From Owenia fusiformis (taxonomy: Eukaryota), in NCBI GenBank assembly GCA_903813345.2, contig CAIIXF020000001.1, positions 41,416,001 through 41,480,000 of the forward strand: a stretch of 64,000 nucleotides of DNA. The letters are read 5' to 3'. Below the pieces are notes generated by a model, which saw nothing but the letters and a program-made list of their open reading frames with translations, was not told where the DNA came from and did no database searches. The position numbers were made by a program, and so were the translations under genes. Position 1 is the stretch's first letter. The number at the start of each line of letters is the position of its first letter. This document shows, one piece after another, positions 61,190-64,000 of the stretch.

Positions 61190-63988
61190 ATGAGGATTGT
61201 AATCATAGCATCAATTTTAAGTTTAGCTATTGGAGCAAGAATTGGAACCATACGTAAGTATTCTCAAATGTAAAATATGTTTTTATGTAGTTATTTTAAT
61301 TATATAGTTTCATGTATTTATGTTCATTCCATCCACTAACATTTGATGTATACGCATAAATAATGAATAAAAACAATTATACTAGTATAAGAAATTACAG
61401 ATGAAAAAACAACTTTAGGCTGTTATATGTTATAATGTGTAAGCATATATTTAAATAAAGCCAAAAAAGGTAACCCAAACAAATATTAATAACTTGGTCA
61501 TCAAACATTGGTTTAAAATCATATTTGGCACAATTACACGTAAACCTTGTTCAATATTTTGCCATTCTACCAAGTTTCATTGGTCTATTTCAGATCACCA
61601 CAATATTATGGCTATTTTACAAAACATCCTCAAAATGCCTCTCTTGTCTCTGGAGGCGAATTTGAATGCATTGGGTTAAGTTCTGACTACACGCTCACCG
61701 ATATCTTGTGTAAAGAATCTAATCATCATTCTTTTCTCTTGTTTCAACTCTCTGATGCTTCTACAGTGGTGTAGCCAGGATTTACCAATGGGGGTTTCTA
61801 TTTTTTCCCCGGCTTGGCCTTTGTTTTATTACGAAAAGTCGAATGGGGTTTGCATAACGGAAACAGTTTCAGTGAACCAATCAAATTATGGAATATAGTA
61901 TATGAGTGTTTGGGTTATCTTTTTTATAAGGTTTATATACAGCATATCTAAGCACGAATCCCAAAGGGAAAGGACCAAAAGTTGTAATGGAACCTACAAA
62001 TACAGATAAAGAACAAATGCAAGCATGCCAAGTTGCTATTACAGCTAACTGGCTAACCTAGCTTAAACTTTGGTACCACAATTTGTAAATCGTAATGTTT
62101 TAGGTAACATTCACAAAAAGGTTTTTTTCTTCCATGTAACTGGCTTGTTAAATCACACTCTGCATTGCACAGGGGTCTAAAAAATTTTATTGGCTCAAAA
62201 CTTTTTTCAAGGCCCCAATAGGTGGGCTTTTTGGGCATTACTGGAACTTTTTGGTACTTATTTTTTAATTTTCAAGAAAATGGACCTTCAATTTTTAATT
62301 TTTTGGTTTCAGGGGCCCAAATCTTTTTACGCGCAACTGCAGAAAGATTTGAAGTTTGGGCCTTCCTTGTTAGTTCCCATATCCACCCCTGTATACTGTT
62401 AGGTAAAACTTTCATTTATGAGATGTCAATATATGATAAACACCGCTGGCATCTTGACCTGGTTAGAAGTTCAGTTTTGCAAAATATAGTCAACATTCTT
62501 AAATGCATTGTTGATGTGATAATAGAATCCCACCCAAAACAAAATATATGCACTTTTACTGAGTATACTCTCAAAATTGGCATATGAAATGGTGAATCCA
62601 GCTTGATGATTATGTAACATTTGTATTTCTGAAAAGGATTGGTATCGATATGGAGAACTGAATTCAACAATTTTTTTCTCTTAAACCAATCATTGAAAAC
62701 ATTCTGTAAAAAACACGGTATTTTATGTAATGTTGACTGATTGACAACAATTTGATGCAAAAATTATTTAGAAATATTTTATACAACTGTTTTGTTAACA
62801 TTTTTTGTTTTTTTTAGTGCAATTGTTTTTGCTCCTTTCTACCAATTCTTGAGAATGAAATAAAATGTCTTTCTGAACCTTGTTGGAACAAAATAGCATA
62901 TACAACAATTTCTTAGACTTCTCAATATTATAGTTATACAAAGGAATTTTTGGTTGATTTTAAAAAAGTATTCAAAAAATTAAAACAAAATCCCCCCAAA
63001 ATAGATAAAAACCAAGATAAACCTTTTATTTCATTAACAAGATACTTTTTTAAAATCAACCAACATTTCCTTTGTACAATTACAATATTGAGAGACCTAA
63101 ACATGTTGTGTTTATGTCGTTTTGTTCCAATGAGGTTTGGAAAGATGTTTCATTTCACTCAAACATGATACCAAGAACAAAACAAGTGTTTGATGTGTTT
63201 TCTAAAACAATATAAATGAAAGTTTATTTCAAATTATATTGTTACCATTCAAAAGATGAACATTAAACTGACGATGTGTTATATTTTTAGATTTTTTTAT
63301 GACTGGTTTAAGAGAAACGTCGTGTGTTCAAAAAGTTCTCCATATCGATACCACTCCTTTGACTAAAATCTACTGGATAAATTCTATCCATGATGGTAAA
63401 GTGTTTTTAAATTAAAAACAAGAGACATATCAAATGAGATTCTTAATGAAAAGTTTAGTAATGTAATTCTTTTGAACTTTTACTTATACATTACCTTTCA
63501 GTTACTTAACCATTCACTTAACTATAATAGCATCTATTGTATGTAAAGTTAACTTGACCTCTGACTTTAACCCATCACTCAAATTGTCTATATATGGATC
63601 CATTAAGTGGCTGCTACTGATTTGATGTCTGTTTTGTTACCTTATTTGTTCATTTATTTTATTAGACAATGGGATACTGTGACCTGTCAAGATATGTTCC
63701 TATACTGAAACTCCACAAAAGGGAAAAAATCCCAAATTTCACACATATTACTAAATATTCATTTCAGCTAATGTAGACTGGAATGCTCAGGCTCAGAATA
63801 CACTGAATGAAAAGCTAAGAAGACCACAAAACACAAATGTTGCAAAAAATATTATATTCTTCTTGGGTGATGGTATGGGTGTTTCTACGGTAACAGGAAT
63901 CAGAATCTATAAGGGACAGAAGGCTGGTAACCCTGGAGAGGAAACTATACTCAATATGGATAAATTACCCTATACTGGACTCGCAAAG
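61190..63988 (+). CDS. ALPL: Second alkaline phosphatase, tandem paralog, partial (exons 1-2; continues beyond the window)
   Basis: Exon 61190-61253 (MRIVIIASILSLAIGARIGTI) and exon 63768-63988 (...[16 protein letters not shown]...GLAK|gtaatg); same exon sizes and phases as the first copy. Confidence 0.92.
62633..63360. mobile_element. 728-bp MITE, uninterrupted copy of the host element at 31248-35226
   Basis: TIR AAAGGA.TGGTATCGATATGGAGAAC / GTTCTCCATATCGATACCACTCCTTT. Confidence 0.85.
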
Positions 63989-64000
63989 GTAATGTGTAAA

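Noticed and set aside
8807..63988. Rab32, SLC22A18 and alkaline phosphatases as a functional pigment or biomineralisation cluster
   Set aside because: Adjacency alone is not evidence in an animal genome; needs synteny and co-expression data

Overview
AT-rich, intron-rich animal genomic DNA; the repeat landscape resembles a marine invertebrate such as a mollusc or annelid (inference). Five protein-coding genes were assembled by hand from splice sites and reading phase: (1) a 3-exon gene for an uncharacterised ~252-aa secreted protein (+, 1800-5463); (2) Rab32/38 GTPase (-, 8807 to ~26558), with one clear U12-type minor-spliceosome intron and a probable ATG-only first exon; (3) an SLC22A18-like MFS transporter (+, 35466-45802); (4) a complete GPI-type alkaline phosphatase (+, 50719-60330); (5) a tandem alkaline phosphatase paralog running off the window (+, from 61190). 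Introns and intergenic DNA are packed with non-autonomous DNA transposons, several with readable target-site duplications (TSDs): CAC...GTG with 5 bp, CAG-type with 5-6 bp, TA, TTAA, 3 bp and 8-9 bp. There are also nested insertions and Helentron/HINE-like elements carrying satellite arrays. The most unusual items are a 4.6-kb Transib-like composite element carrying an A/C-rich higher-order array, a degenerate hammerhead ribozyme and a decayed ORF; a 28S rRNA fragment captured inside a MITE within the minor intron; a decoy, stop-containing duplicate of an alkaline phosphatase exon; and a satellite built from perfect DR4 nuclear-receptor elements. No CRISPR array or intact transposase was seen. 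Coordinates were read by eye and repeat boundaries may be off by a few bases.
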